Part shown: positions 51,323 to 60,560 of the stretch, piece by piece | How positions within the stretch are numbered: the first letter of the stretch is position 1 | Layout of the letters: every line of letters starts with the position of its first letter | Origin: Dehalococcoidia bacterium | GTDB taxonomy: Bacteria > Chloroflexota > Dehalococcoidia > UBA2979 | DNA: 64,000 bases | Assembly: GCA_965219085.1 (NCBI GenBank) | Contig: OZ244720.1 | Location: forward strand, 2,912,001-2,976,000 | Direction of reading: 5' to 3' | The notes under the pieces: model-generated | Told to the model about the DNA's origin: nothing | Seen by the model: only the letters and a program-made list of their open reading frames with translations | Databases searched by the model: none | Translations under genes and position numbers: made by a program

Positions 51323-52279
51323 CTACTCGGCCTCTTCGCCGCGCGCGTCGGCGGCGGTCGCGACGTTGCGGCCCTCGGCGGAGCGCTCGGTGCGGCGCAG
51401 CGCGCCGGTCAGCACGCGGCCCGGGCCGAACTCGGTGAAGGAGGTCACGCCCGCTCCGAGCATCGCGCGCACGCCGTCGACCCACAGCACGGGGCTCGTG
51501 ATCTGCGAGGTCAGCTCGCCGGCCAGCTCGCCGGCCGCGGTCAGGTTCTGCCCCGTGACGTTCGAGACGACCGGGATGCCGGGGTCGGTGAACGCGGCGT
51601 CGGCCAGCACGCTGGCCATGCCGTCGGCTGCGCCCTGCATGAGCGGCGTGTGGAACGCGCCCGCCACGGCGAGCGGCACGATGCGCGACGCGCCGGCCTC
51701 TTCGGCCGCTGCGGTTGCCGCCTCGACGGCCGCGACGGCGCCGCCGATGCTGACGTTGCCCGGTGCGTTCTCGTTGCAGACGGCCGCGCCGTTCGCGGCG
51801 CAGATCTCCTCGACCTGGCCGCGCTCGAGGCCGAGCACCGCGGCCATCGTGCCGGGTACGGCGTCGCACGCGTCCTGCATGAGACGGCCGCGCTCGCGGA
51901 CGAGGCGGATGCCGTCCTCGAAGCTGATCGCGCCGGCGGCGATGAGCGCGGCGTACTCGCCGAGCGAGTGCCCGGCGACGACCGCCGGGCGGTGCGTGAC
52001 GGTGCCTGCGTCGATGGCCGCGACGAGCGCGGCGATGCCGTGCGCGACAAGCGCGGGCTGCGTGTTGACCGTGCGCGTCAACTCATCCTCGGGGCCCTCG
52101 AAGCAGAGCCCGGAGAGCGAGAAGCCGAGGGCCTCGTCGGCGGCCTCGAAGACGGCGCGCGCGGCGGGGATCTCGTCGTGCAGGTCCTTGCCCATGCCGA
52201 CGTGTTGGGCGCCCTGGCCGGGGAACAGCCAGGCCTGGTCGGCGGCGGCGGGGAGGTCGGGGATGGTGACGGGGGACAT
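51323..52279 (-). CDS. fabD: Malonyl-CoA:ACP transacylase
   Basis: FPGQG, TQPAL, GHSLGE, GAFH. Confidence 0.95.
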   Translation of the reverse strand: MSPVTIPDLPAAADQAWLFPGQGAQHVGMGKDLHDEIPAARAVFEAADEALGFSLSGLCFEGPEDELTRTVNTQPALVAHGIAALVAAIDAGTVTHRPAVVAGHSLGEYAALIAAGAISFEDGIRLVRERGRLMQDACDAVPGTMAAVLGLERGQVEEICAANGAAVCNENAPGNVSIGGAVAAVEAATAAAEEAGASRIVPLAVAGAFHTPLMQGAADGMASVLADAAFTDPGIPVVSNVTGQNLTAAGELAGELTSQITSPVLWVDGVRAMLGAGVTSFTEFGPGRVLTGALRRTERSAEGRNVATAADARGEEAE

Positions 52280-52385
52280 GCGTACTCCATCGGTTCGGTG
52301 CGGGTGGGTGGGGGCGACGAACGCCGGAGGCAGTATGGCGCGCGGCGTGCAGCGGCGCTACTGCCGGGTCAGTGGATGAGGGAGG

Positions 52386-52665
52386 CTACTCTTCGTGTAC
52401 CGGGACGTACCGCACCGACGCCATGATCCGATCGAAAAGAGAGTCCGCGTCCGCCTCGGGTAACCCGATCTCGGGCCACAACGTGGAGCGCCCCACCTCC
52501 TCTCCCGTTACCTCGTCGATGCCGAGGCTGTAGCCGCTCTTCGGGTCTGTGAGCGAAATACTCAGTCCAGAGCCTGCAAACTTACGACCCAGAGTGGTAC
52601 ACCTGCGCACCAGCGGACACATCGATGACCCACGGCGGCAACGCCTTCAGGCGGTATGTCCCCCT
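52386..52665 (-). pseudogene. Orphan 3' gene fragment (probable C-terminus of the LuxR-TM gene at 55044..56011)
   Basis: Starts flush with the IS target site as RGTYRLKALPPWVIDV. It has no SD or obvious start, has a frameshift at about 52585, and ends SLFDRIMASVRYVPVHEE*. Confidence 0.55.
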
Positions 52666-52667
52666 AG

Positions 52668-53961
52668 CAGGGTGCTGAAAAAGGCGCGGCCATCTGGCAG
52701 GATGGGGCTGGCGGCGGGGGCATAGCCTGGGAGGCAGCCCCGTGCGAGGTGACGCCGAGCGCCAGACCAACATGTTGCTGGCGGTGACGCCGGACTCCTT
52801 CATCCCGGACGACCACCCGATCCGACGCATCAAACCGATCGTCGATGCAGCGCTGCAGCGGCTCTCGCCGCTCTTCGGCACGATGTACGCAACGAGCGGG
52901 CGGCCCTCGATCCCGCCCGAGCACCTGCTCAAGGCGAGCCTGCTGATCGCGCTCTACTCGATCCGCAGCGAGCGCCAGTTCTGCGAGCGGCTGCGCTACG
53001 ACCTGCTCTTCAAGTGGTTCTTGGACCTCAACATCTCAGACGCGCCGTTCGACGCCTCGAGCTTCTCGAAGAACCGCGAGCGCCTGCTCGCAGCCGATGT
53101 CGCGCGCGCCTTCTTCGCCGAGGTGGTGGCCGAGGCAAAGCGCCGCCGGCTGCTCTCCGCCGACCACTTCACGGTGGACGGGACGCTGCTGGAGGCCTGG
53201 GCCTCGCTCAAGAGCTACCGTCCGCGCGACGAGCAGGAGCCACCCCCGGGCGGGCGCAACCCGGACGTGGACTTCCGCGGGCGGCGGCGCAGCCGCGATA
53301 CGCATAGCTCCGGCACCGACCCGCAGGCGCAGCTGTACACAAAGGGAGCGGGGCAGACGGCGAAACTGAGCTACATGGGCCATCTGCTCACCGAGAACCG
53401 TCACGGCCTGGTGCTGGACGTGGAGTTGACCGAGGCGAACGGGTACGCCGAGCGCGAGGCCGCGGTCACGATGCTGGAGCGCAGCGTGAGCGGCTGCGGG
53501 ACGCTGGGCGCCGACCGCGGCTACGACACGCGCGACTTCGTGGCGGAACTGCGCGCGCGCGGCGTGACGCCGCACGTGGCGCAAAACGACCGCGGCCGCC
53601 GCAGCGCCGTGGACGGGCGCACCACGCGGCATCGCGGCTACAGGCAGAGTCAGAAGCGACGCAAGATCGTGGAGCAGGTCTTCGGCTGGATGAAGACCGT
53701 GGGCGGCGGGCGCAAGCTGCGTTTCGTGGGCCGCGAGCGCAACCGCGGCTGGCTGGAGCTCACCGCCGCCGCCTACAACCTCGTGCGCATGGCCAGGCTC
53801 GAACTCGCCCCTGCGTAGGCGCAGTGCGCCCTCCGGCCGGTCCGGGAGCCCTCAGAGGCCCCCGGGGGCAGGTCAGGAGGCCACCATCACGAACCCGGAG
53901 GCGGCCTCAAGCCGCCTCTCGCCACTCCGAGACCCCGGAAGGGCGCTTCTTCAGCAGCCTG
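52668..53961 (+). mobile_element. IS5-family insertion sequence (1294 bp)
   Basis: TIRs CAGGGTGCTGAAAAAG / CTTCTTCAGCAGCCTG (14/16 match), flanked by CTAG duplications at 52664-52667 and 53962-53965. Confidence 0.93.
52742..53818 (+). CDS. IS5-family DDE transposase, intact
   Basis: GRPSIPPE, RSERQ, VDGT, GADRGYD, VEQVFGWMK, AYNL. Confidence 0.95.
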   Translation: MRGDAERQTNMLLAVTPDSFIPDDHPIRRIKPIVDAALQRLSPLFGTMYATSGRPSIPPEHLLKASLLIALYSIRSERQFCERLRYDLLFKWFLDLNISDAPFDASSFSKNRERLLAADVARAFFAEVVAEAKRRRLLSADHFTVDGTLLEAWASLKSYRPRDEQEPPPGGRNPDVDFRGRRRSRDTHSSGTDPQAQLYTKGAGQTAKLSYMGHLLTENRHGLVLDVELTEANGYAEREAAVTMLERSVSGCGTLGADRGYDTRDFVAELRARGVTPHVAQNDRGRRSAVDGRTTRHRGYRQSQKRRKIVEQVFGWMKTVGGGRKLRFVGRERNRGWLELTAAAYNLVRMARLELAPA

Positions 53962-55026
53962 CTAGTCGAGTCCCCACGCTTCGCGCAACTGACGCACCTC
54001 CCATGACTGGATGCTCCCGTCGCTGCAATCACTTGTTTGGGGACGCCGGAACATAATGGATTCCTCGTAGGCCGAGTGCCCCAGCCCCAGCACGTGACCG
54101 AATTCGTGCGTTGCCGTCCGTACGAAACATGAGGGGTTCGCCAGGTTGCCCGGATCCAATGATACATCCGACTCGAACCAGAGTCCGAACTGAGTGAAGG
54201 TGTTGCCCGCCAGAGTACCTGGGAGGTGTTCGAGAAGTATTTCATTACGCCAGCTACCACTCCCGACGCGAGAGTCATCATCCGGGCAATCACCGGTGAT
54301 ATCGAACGCGGTTAGGTCGAGAGCATCGTGCCAGGTGTCTGCGGCCGCGCGGACTGACGAGCGAAACAACGCTCGATCTGCTTCCGTGGCCTCGGTGAGC
54401 CAGACAATGCAGAACTCATGAGGCAACAAGTCGTAAGACTGTGGCCCGGCGAAGCTCCACGGGGTAGTCGGAGTGGCCGTGGGCATTGCCACGGGCGTCG
54501 GCGTTGTCGTGGGCGTGGGTGTCGCAGTGACCGGAGTCGCCGAGGGCGTGGCCGTCGGCGTGGGCTCCGGCGTGGACGTCGGCGTGGACGTCGGCGTGGG
54601 CTCCGGCGTGGCCGTCGGCGTGGGCTCCGGCGTGGCCGTCGGCGTGGGCGTCGGCGTGGACGTCGGCGTGGGCTCCGGCGTGGCCGTCGGCGTGGGCGTC
54701 GGCGTGGCCGTCGGCGTGGGCTCCGGCGTGGCCGTCGGCGTGGGCGTCGGCGTGGCCGTCGGCGTGGGCTCCGGCGTGGCCGTCGGCGTGGGCGTCGGCG
54801 TGGCCGTCGGCGTGGGCTCCGGCGTGGCCGTCGGCGTGGGCTCCGGCGTGGCCGTCGGCGTGGGCTCGGGCGTGGCCGTATCCGTTTCGTTCGTCGTCGA
54901 AACGCGGTTCGCGGTTATTGACACGTTCTCGTCACCGTCGGCGCGCAGCAACACGAACGCCACAGCGACGCCCGCAATCACCACGATGGCTCCGAGCAGG
55001 ACTGCAATCATTCGCGACCGACGCAT
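53962..55026 (-). CDS. Membrane-anchored matrixin-like (metzincin) zinc metalloprotease on a Pro/Thr stalk
   Basis: N-terminal TM, long PT linker, [11 protein letters not shown] plus Met-turn (SIM). Confidence 0.82.
   Translation of the reverse strand: MRRSRMIAVLLGAIVVIAGVAVAFVLLRADGDENVSITANRVSTTNETDTATPEPTPTATPEPTPTATPEPTPTATPTPTPTATPEPTPTATPTPTPTATPEPTPTATPTPTPTATPEPTPTSTPTPTPTATPEPTPTATPEPTPTSTPTSTPEPTPTATPSATPVTATPTPTTTPTPVAMPTATPTTPWSFAGPQSYDLLPHEFCIVWLTEATEADRALFRSSVRAAADTWHDALDLTAFDITGDCPDDDSRVGSGSWRNEILLEHLPGTLAGNTFTQFGLWFESDVSLDPGNLANPSCFVRTATHEFGHVLGLGHSAYEESIMFRRPQTSDCSDGSIQSWEVRQLREAWGLD
54545..54880. repeat. Coding Pro/Thr low-complexity tandem repeat (TATPEPTP / TATPTP units)
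   Basis: Repeated ggcgtggccgtcggcgtgggctcc units. Confidence 0.92.
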
Positions 55027-55043
55027 ACTCACCCCGTAACTGG

Positions 55044-56011
55044 TTAACGCCTCTCGCCAGCTGGTTCCCAAAAAACCAGCACGGAGACGCCGTCTGGATC
55101 GGGCGCGCCGTGGCCGGCTCCCCATACGAACGCCACCTTCGCCCCCGGTCCGGCCGCACTGATAGCATCCCGGCAGTATCCGTCATTGTGGACTGGGTAG
55201 CGCAGTGCGTGCTCGACCCGGAAGGTTCTGGGTGTCCCTACAGCTGCTGCGATACCCGTCACCCAGAACCGGAAACCGCAGTTGAAGTCCGTCTTCAAGT
55301 CAAAGGTGTCACCCACCCGCACCGAGTCGAAGAACGCCACACGGGGCAGCCCGTGCCGGTCACTAGTGTGAATGCGCAACTCGACGGCTCCGTCTAGGTC
55401 GTCGAAGTTGGCGATCGCGCTCGTGGCGTCCCCGACCCGTTTCAGGAAAGCGTAGCTCCCTGGGCGAGTCGCCTTCCCACTGGTGTCGAGTTGGTCGTAG
55501 CTGATGCTGGTCCGCTCAGGCACCGAGGTCCGGGTAGGTGCGGCCGACGCTGTGGCGTCGGCGTGGGCGGCGAGGGGGGCTCAGTCGCCGCCGGCTTCAC
55601 GACCTCGGGCAGGTCGCCGTTCCCGCCCACCCCGACGAGGACGACGGCCACCACACCCACCACCGCAATGGCCGCGACCGTCACCCCGGCGACAGCCGCC
55701 GCTCCCGCCCCAACCCAGACCACGGGCTTCGCCACCGACGCAATCGCTGCGGGGATGCCGAACAGCGCGCGCAGGCGGCCTCGACGCTCCTCGGGGCGCC
55801 AGGCGGCGAGCTCGTGGCGGCCCTGCAGGCCCAGCTTGCGGAGCATGTTCGAGATGTGGAACTTCACCCCGTCGGCGGTGATGCCGAGGCGCGCGCCGAT
55901 CTCGGCGTTCGTCCCGCCCTCACGCAACTCGTCGAGCACGCGCCACTCGGTCGGCGTCAGGGCATCGGGGTGGCGAGGTCGCCCGCGGCGACGGCGCTCC
56001 ATACGCGCCAT
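55044..56011 (-). pseudogene. LuxR-type HTH + TM + extracellular domain protein, frameshifted and truncated
   Basis: LTPTEWRVL...GGTNAEIGARLGITADGVKFHISNMLRKL HTH, then a TM helix. After a shift at about 55560 it reads ISYDQLDTSGKATRPGSYAFL...WEPAGERR*. Confidence 0.72.
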
Positions 56012-56086
56012 CGTAGGGCGCGAAGCGCCCGATTATCCCTACCCGAACCTCGGGCGGCCCCGATGTTCACGCCTGGGAGGCAACGA

Positions 56087-56114
56087 CGAGGGGCGGCGCT
56101 GCCGCCGCCCCTCG
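56087..56114 (-). terminator. GC-rich hairpin downstream of acyl-CoA dehydrogenase 1
   Basis: Perfect 12-bp stem CGAGGGGCGGCG / CGCCGCCCCTCG; no clear U tract. Confidence 0.5.
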
Positions 56115-56142
56115 CTCATCGGGTCCTCGTTGCGGTCGAGGG

Positions 56143-57363
56143 CTAGCCGCGAGGCAGCCCCAGCCCGCGCGTCGCGATGATGTTGCGCTGGATCTCCGAG
56201 GATCCGCCCGCGATCGTCCCGACCACGCTGCTGACGTAGGTGCGCGTGTGCTCCGAGCGCAGCGGTGAGCGCTCGTCGTCGGCGTCCCACAGGCCGGAGT
56301 ACAGCCCGAACGTCTTCATCCCGGTGCGGGCGAGCCGCTGGCTCAGCTCGGTCGTGAACGCCTTGCCCATCGACGCCTCGTAGTTCGGGATCAGGCCGCT
56401 CGCCTGCATCGAGGCGATGCGCATGGCGAGGTTGTTGTTGACCTCGACCTCGATGGCGCGCTCGGCGATCTCGGTGCGCACCTGCGAGGCGCGGTTCGGG
56501 ATGCTCCCGTCCTGGATCGCCTCGACGGTCGCCGCGATGGTCTCGCGCTGCGAGGCGGCGCCGGAGATGCCGGAGCGCTCGAAGTCGAGCAGCGTCATGC
56601 CGACGTACCAGCCGCGGTTGACCTCGCCGATGACCTGGTCGACGGGGACGCGCATGTCCTCGAAGAAGGTCTCGTTGGTGGCGTGCCGCCAGTCCATCGC
56701 GACGATGGGGCGGACGCTGATCTCGGGCTCCTGCATCTCCATCACCATGAAGGTGATGCCGCGGTGCTTCGGGGCGTCCGGGTCGGTGCGGAACATGCCG
56801 AACAGCCAGTTCGACTTGTGGGCCGAGGAGGTCCACATCTTCTGGCCGTTGATCACGTACTCGTCGCCGTCGCGGATCGCGCGCGTCTGCAGCGAGGCGA
56901 GGTCCGAGCCGGCGCCCGGCTCGGAGTAGCCCTGCGCCCACAGCATCTCACCGCGCAGTGTCGGCCCCAGCAGCATCTCCTTCTGCTCGGGCGTGCCGTG
57001 CACGAGCACCGTCGGTCCGATCTGCGGGATGCCGTTCCCGCCGCCGACCTCGGGCGCGTGGGCGGAGCCGAGCTCCTGCTTGAGGATGAACTGCTCCATG
57101 GTGGAGAGGCCGGAGCCGCCGTACTCGGTCGGCCAGTTGGGGGCGTTCCAGCCGTGCTCGGCAAGCGCGTCCGACCACGCCTGCGCGGCGGCCTTGGCCT
57201 CCGGGCCGCCGTGCATCATCTCCCACTGCCAGTCCTGCTCGGCGTCCTCAACGCGGCGCCGCTCGTAGGTCTCGCCGCGGTAGTAGTCCGGCAGCCGCTC
57301 CTGGATGAAGCTCCGCACGCTCGTCCGGAACTCATCCTGCTCGGGGGTGTCGGTCCAGTCCAT
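56143..57363 (-). CDS. Acyl-CoA dehydrogenase family protein 1
   Basis: QGYSEPGAGSDLA, NGQKMWTS, LDFER, IAGGSSEIQRNII. Confidence 0.93.
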   Translation of the reverse strand: MDWTDTPEQDEFRTSVRSFIQERLPDYYRGETYERRRVEDAEQDWQWEMMHGGPEAKAAAQAWSDALAEHGWNAPNWPTEYGGSGLSTMEQFILKQELGSAHAPEVGGGNGIPQIGPTVLVHGTPEQKEMLLGPTLRGEMLWAQGYSEPGAGSDLASLQTRAIRDGDEYVINGQKMWTSSAHKSNWLFGMFRTDPDAPKHRGITFMVMEMQEPEISVRPIVAMDWRHATNETFFEDMRVPVDQVIGEVNRGWYVGMTLLDFERSGISGAASQRETIAATVEAIQDGSIPNRASQVRTEIAERAIEVEVNNNLAMRIASMQASGLIPNYEASMGKAFTTELSQRLARTGMKTFGLYSGLWDADDERSPLRSEHTRTYVSSVVGTIAGGSSEIQRNIIATRGLGLPRG

Positions 57364-57529
57364 GTGTGTCTCCTCTGCTCCCGGCCCGGCGACGCGTCGC
57401 ACGGCCCCTGACTCGCTGCGATGTTCATGCGCGCGTCGACGCACCGCCAACGCGTTGCGCGGCGCAGCATACGCGCCTCGGCGGCTCCGCGGGGAGTGGG
57501 GACCAGGGATTGGCCCTGGGTTTCAGCGA

Positions 57530-57563
57530 CCCGCCCCCTCCGGGTTGCGCCGGAGGGGGCGGG
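57530..57563 (-). terminator. Strong hairpin downstream of the thiolase-like gene
   Basis: Perfect 14-bp stem CCCGCCCCCTCCGG / CCGGAGGGGGCGGG; second smaller hairpin at about 57502-57521. Confidence 0.55.
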
Positions 57564-57587
57564 GTGAGTGCCGGTGGTAAGCCGGGA

Positions 57588-58913
57588 CTAGTCGGCGCTG
57601 GACGCCCAGATCATGAAGTCGCCACTCTGCGGCATCGGGCCGCCGGAGACGCCGACCTCGGGCTGTCCGCCCTTGAGGTGCACCTGGCGGTCACCGGCGC
57701 GGCCCTGGATCTGCAGGATGCTGTCGGTGTGCATCCAGAAGCGCGTGCGCCCGGCGCCCACGTTGCCACCGCTGGGCGAGATCGGGGTTGGTCCCTCGAT
57801 GCTGATGTCGCCCTGGTAGAAGTCGAGCGCCTCGCCGCGCTTGATGCCGGCGAAGCCCAGGCCCTCCAGGTGGTAGTTGTGGAACGTCGCGAAGCCGTCG
57901 TACATGTTCTCGAAGTCGAGGTCGGCGGCGTTGACGCCGGAGCCGTCGTAGAGCTTCCGCGCCGTTGAGTCCGTTGCGTCCTCGGCCAGATCCAGCGACG
58001 GCCGCAGCCCGAACCCGGGCCGCGTGGTCACGTGGTTGAGGATGTAGGCCGGCTTCTGCGCCATGTCCGCGGCCTTCTCGGCCGACGCGAACACGTAGGC
58101 GACCGCGACGTGGATCGGCATGTCGTGGTCGAACAGGTTCAGCGGCTCGACGATCCAGCGCGCGTTCAGGTAGTCCTCGACCGTCACCTCGTCGGGGCGG
58201 TGCTGCGCGAAGAAGCCCTCCGGGAACATCAGCCCGTTGCGCTTCGAGTTCACGATGAACGGCGCCATGTTGTCGTGGCTCTGGTTGTACCTGTGCATGT
58301 ACTCCTGGAACTGGAAGCCGTCGTTGGTCGCGGCGCTCGTGCCCCACGGGTTCGTCCACACGCCGCGGCCCTCGACGGTGTTCCTGGCGTTGGCCCCGCC
58401 CTGGTAGTAGCGGCCGGGGAAGTTGTGCCACGCCTTCACGACGAGGCATACGGAGGTCAGTCCGCGGCCCACCGCTTCAGCGGCGACGCAGATGCAGTTC
58501 GACATGCACCCCGGGCCGTTCATCTTGAACGTCAGGTTGGTCAGCTCCGGCATGTTGTTGACGATCCAGTCCCCGCTCAGCGAGGCGACCCCGTCCATGG
58601 GGTTCTCACCGGGCTCGAACTGCGACAGCACGTCCTCGGGCAGCGGGTCGCCTTCGGGCCACCACGCGCCGGTCGTCGTCGACGGGTCGAGGACGAGGCC
58701 GTCAACCTGGTCCGGGGTGATGCCGGCGTCCTCGATGGCGTTGCGGATCGCGATGCGCATCCACGCGCCGATGCTGGTCTCGGCCTGGCCGTCCCAGCGG
58801 CGCGCGGTCGGGGAGTGGCCGATACCCACCGCGGCGACCTTGCCGCGGTGCTCCCAGAGGCCAAGCCCTTCCTGGCGGCGGTAGAAATCAGCGGGTGCGT
58901 TCTCGGTTGGCAT
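57588..58913 (-). CDS. Thiolase-like protein (SCP2/Ltp2 type)
   Basis: KVAAVGIG, IEDAGITPDQVDG, EDYLNARWIVEPL, YDGF, SPSGG, QIQGRAGDRQV. Confidence 0.8.
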   Translation of the reverse strand: MPTENAPADFYRRQEGLGLWEHRGKVAAVGIGHSPTARRWDGQAETSIGAWMRIAIRNAIEDAGITPDQVDGLVLDPSTTTGAWWPEGDPLPEDVLSQFEPGENPMDGVASLSGDWIVNNMPELTNLTFKMNGPGCMSNCICVAAEAVGRGLTSVCLVVKAWHNFPGRYYQGGANARNTVEGRGVWTNPWGTSAATNDGFQFQEYMHRYNQSHDNMAPFIVNSKRNGLMFPEGFFAQHRPDEVTVEDYLNARWIVEPLNLFDHDMPIHVAVAYVFASAEKAADMAQKPAYILNHVTTRPGFGLRPSLDLAEDATDSTARKLYDGSGVNAADLDFENMYDGFATFHNYHLEGLGFAGIKRGEALDFYQGDISIEGPTPISPSGGNVGAGRTRFWMHTDSILQIQGRAGDRQVHLKGGQPEVGVSGGPMPQSGDFMIWASSAD

Positions 58914-59053
58914 GGGGCGTCCTTTCTTTTGCCGTTCCCTGCGTGGTCTGAGTTCACGCCTGCGGGGGCCGACGGAGCGGCCCACGCGCGCAGTGTGCGC
59001 GAAGTGACGCGCGCGCGCCAGCATCGGCACGCGCACGTCGCCGAACCGGCACG

Positions 59054-59086
59054 ACGAGAGGGCCTTGATTCGAGGCCCCCTCGCGT
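59054..59086 (-). terminator. Hairpin downstream of acyl-CoA dehydrogenase 2
   Basis: Imperfect stem CGAGAGGGCCT...AGGCCCCCTCG. Confidence 0.4.
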
Positions 59087-59104
59087 GTGTCCGTGAGCGG
59101 TTTG

Positions 59105-60334
59105 CTAGCCGCGCGGCAGGCCGAGCCCGCGCGTGGCGATGATGTTGCGCTGAATCTCCGACGACCCCCCTGCGATCGTGCCCACCACCGAGTGCACGTT
59201 CGACTGCGTGAACAGCGACTTCGACGGCGAGTGATCGGAGTCCGGGTCCCAGATGTTCGAGTACAGCCCGTAGACCTTGATGCCCGTCCGCGAAAGCCGC
59301 TGCACCAGCTCGGACGCGAACATCTTCGAGGTCGACGCCTCGTAGTTCGGGATGATGCCTCGCGCCTGCATCGAGATGATGCGGAACGAGTAGTTGAACA
59401 TCACCTCGGACTCGACGTAGTGATCGGCGATGGCGGTGCGTTGGCGCCGCAGCCCGCCCCCCTCGACCATGCGCTGGCCCGCGGCCGTCCGCACGTCCTC
59501 AAGCAGGCGGTCGATGTTCTTGCGAATCTCGATCGCTCCCGCGATGTTCGACCGCTCGAAGTCGAGCAGCGTGACGCCGACGTACCAGCCACGGTTTTCC
59601 TCGCCGATGAGGTGGTCGGTGGGTACGCGCACGTCCTCGTAGAACGTCTCGTTCGTGGCGTGCACCCAGCCCATCGATGTGATGTGGCGCACGCTGATAC
59701 CGGCGCTCAGCATGTCCATGACGAGGAACGAAATGCCGCGGTGCTTCGGCGCGTCCGGGTCGGTGCGGAACATGCCGAACAGCCAGTTCGACTTGTGGGC
59801 CGCCGAGGTCCACAGCTTCTGGCCGTTGATGACGTACTCGTCGCCGTCGCGGACGGCGCGCGTCTGCAGCGAGGCGAGGTCGGAGCCCGCGCCCGGCTCG
59901 GAGAAGCCCTGCGCCCAGCGGAACTCGCCGGCCAGGGTCGGCTGCAGGAACTTCTGCTTCTGCTCCTCGGTGCCGTGGACGAGCAGCGTCGACCCGAGCA
60001 GCGTGACGCCGGAGCCGCCGACCGTGGGGGCCTCGGCTTCCGCCATCTCCTGGCGGTAGATGAACTGCTCCATCGGCGTCATGCCGCCGCCGCCGTACTC
60101 GGTCGGCCAGTGCGGAGCGACCCAGCCCCTGGTCGAGAGCGCCTCGGCCCACTCGCTCGCGGCCGCCTTGGCCTCGTCGGTACCCTGGTCCATGTCTTCC
60201 TGCCAGTCGGCCTCGAGGCCGGGCGGCATGCCCGATTCGATGCGGGCTCGGTAGAAGCCCGGCAGGCTGCTCTCGATGAACGAACGCACCTGGGTGCGGA
60301 ATGCCGCCTGTTCGTCGTTGTCTGCCCAGTCCAT
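59105..60334 (-). CDS. Acyl-CoA dehydrogenase family protein 2
   Basis: QGFSEPGAGSDLA, LDFER, GGSSEIQRNII. Confidence 0.93.
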   Translation of the reverse strand: MDWADNDEQAAFRTQVRSFIESSLPGFYRARIESGMPPGLEADWQEDMDQGTDEAKAAASEWAEALSTRGWVAPHWPTEYGGGGMTPMEQFIYRQEMAEAEAPTVGGSGVTLLGSTLLVHGTEEQKQKFLQPTLAGEFRWAQGFSEPGAGSDLASLQTRAVRDGDEYVINGQKLWTSAAHKSNWLFGMFRTDPDAPKHRGISFLVMDMLSAGISVRHITSMGWVHATNETFYEDVRVPTDHLIGEENRGWYVGVTLLDFERSNIAGAIEIRKNIDRLLEDVRTAAGQRMVEGGGLRRQRTAIADHYVESEVMFNYSFRIISMQARGIIPNYEASTSKMFASELVQRLSRTGIKVYGLYSNIWDPDSDHSPSKSLFTQSNVHSVVGTIAGGSSEIQRNIIATRGLGLPRG

Positions 60335-60560
60335 CGTGTCCTCCGTAGTCGCAGTGTCTTGTGGGCCTTATAGCACCTTGAGGCACGCCTCACCACACGC
60401 GGCCTGTCGCGCGTCAGCGTCGTCGATAGGTGGCACTGAGGTCACGGTGCCGATCCCGCTCAGTCATGCCCGTCGCCACGTGCTCGAACCGGCCGGCCTC
60501 GCAGTTCCGGCAGGTGGGTGGTGTTCCCCTGACGGGTAGTGCCAGGGTTCGACCATGCGG

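Noticed and set aside
54545-54880. Regular repeats as a CRISPR array
   Set aside because: No unique spacers; unit lengths are multiples of 3 and encode a Pro/Thr linker; no cas genes.
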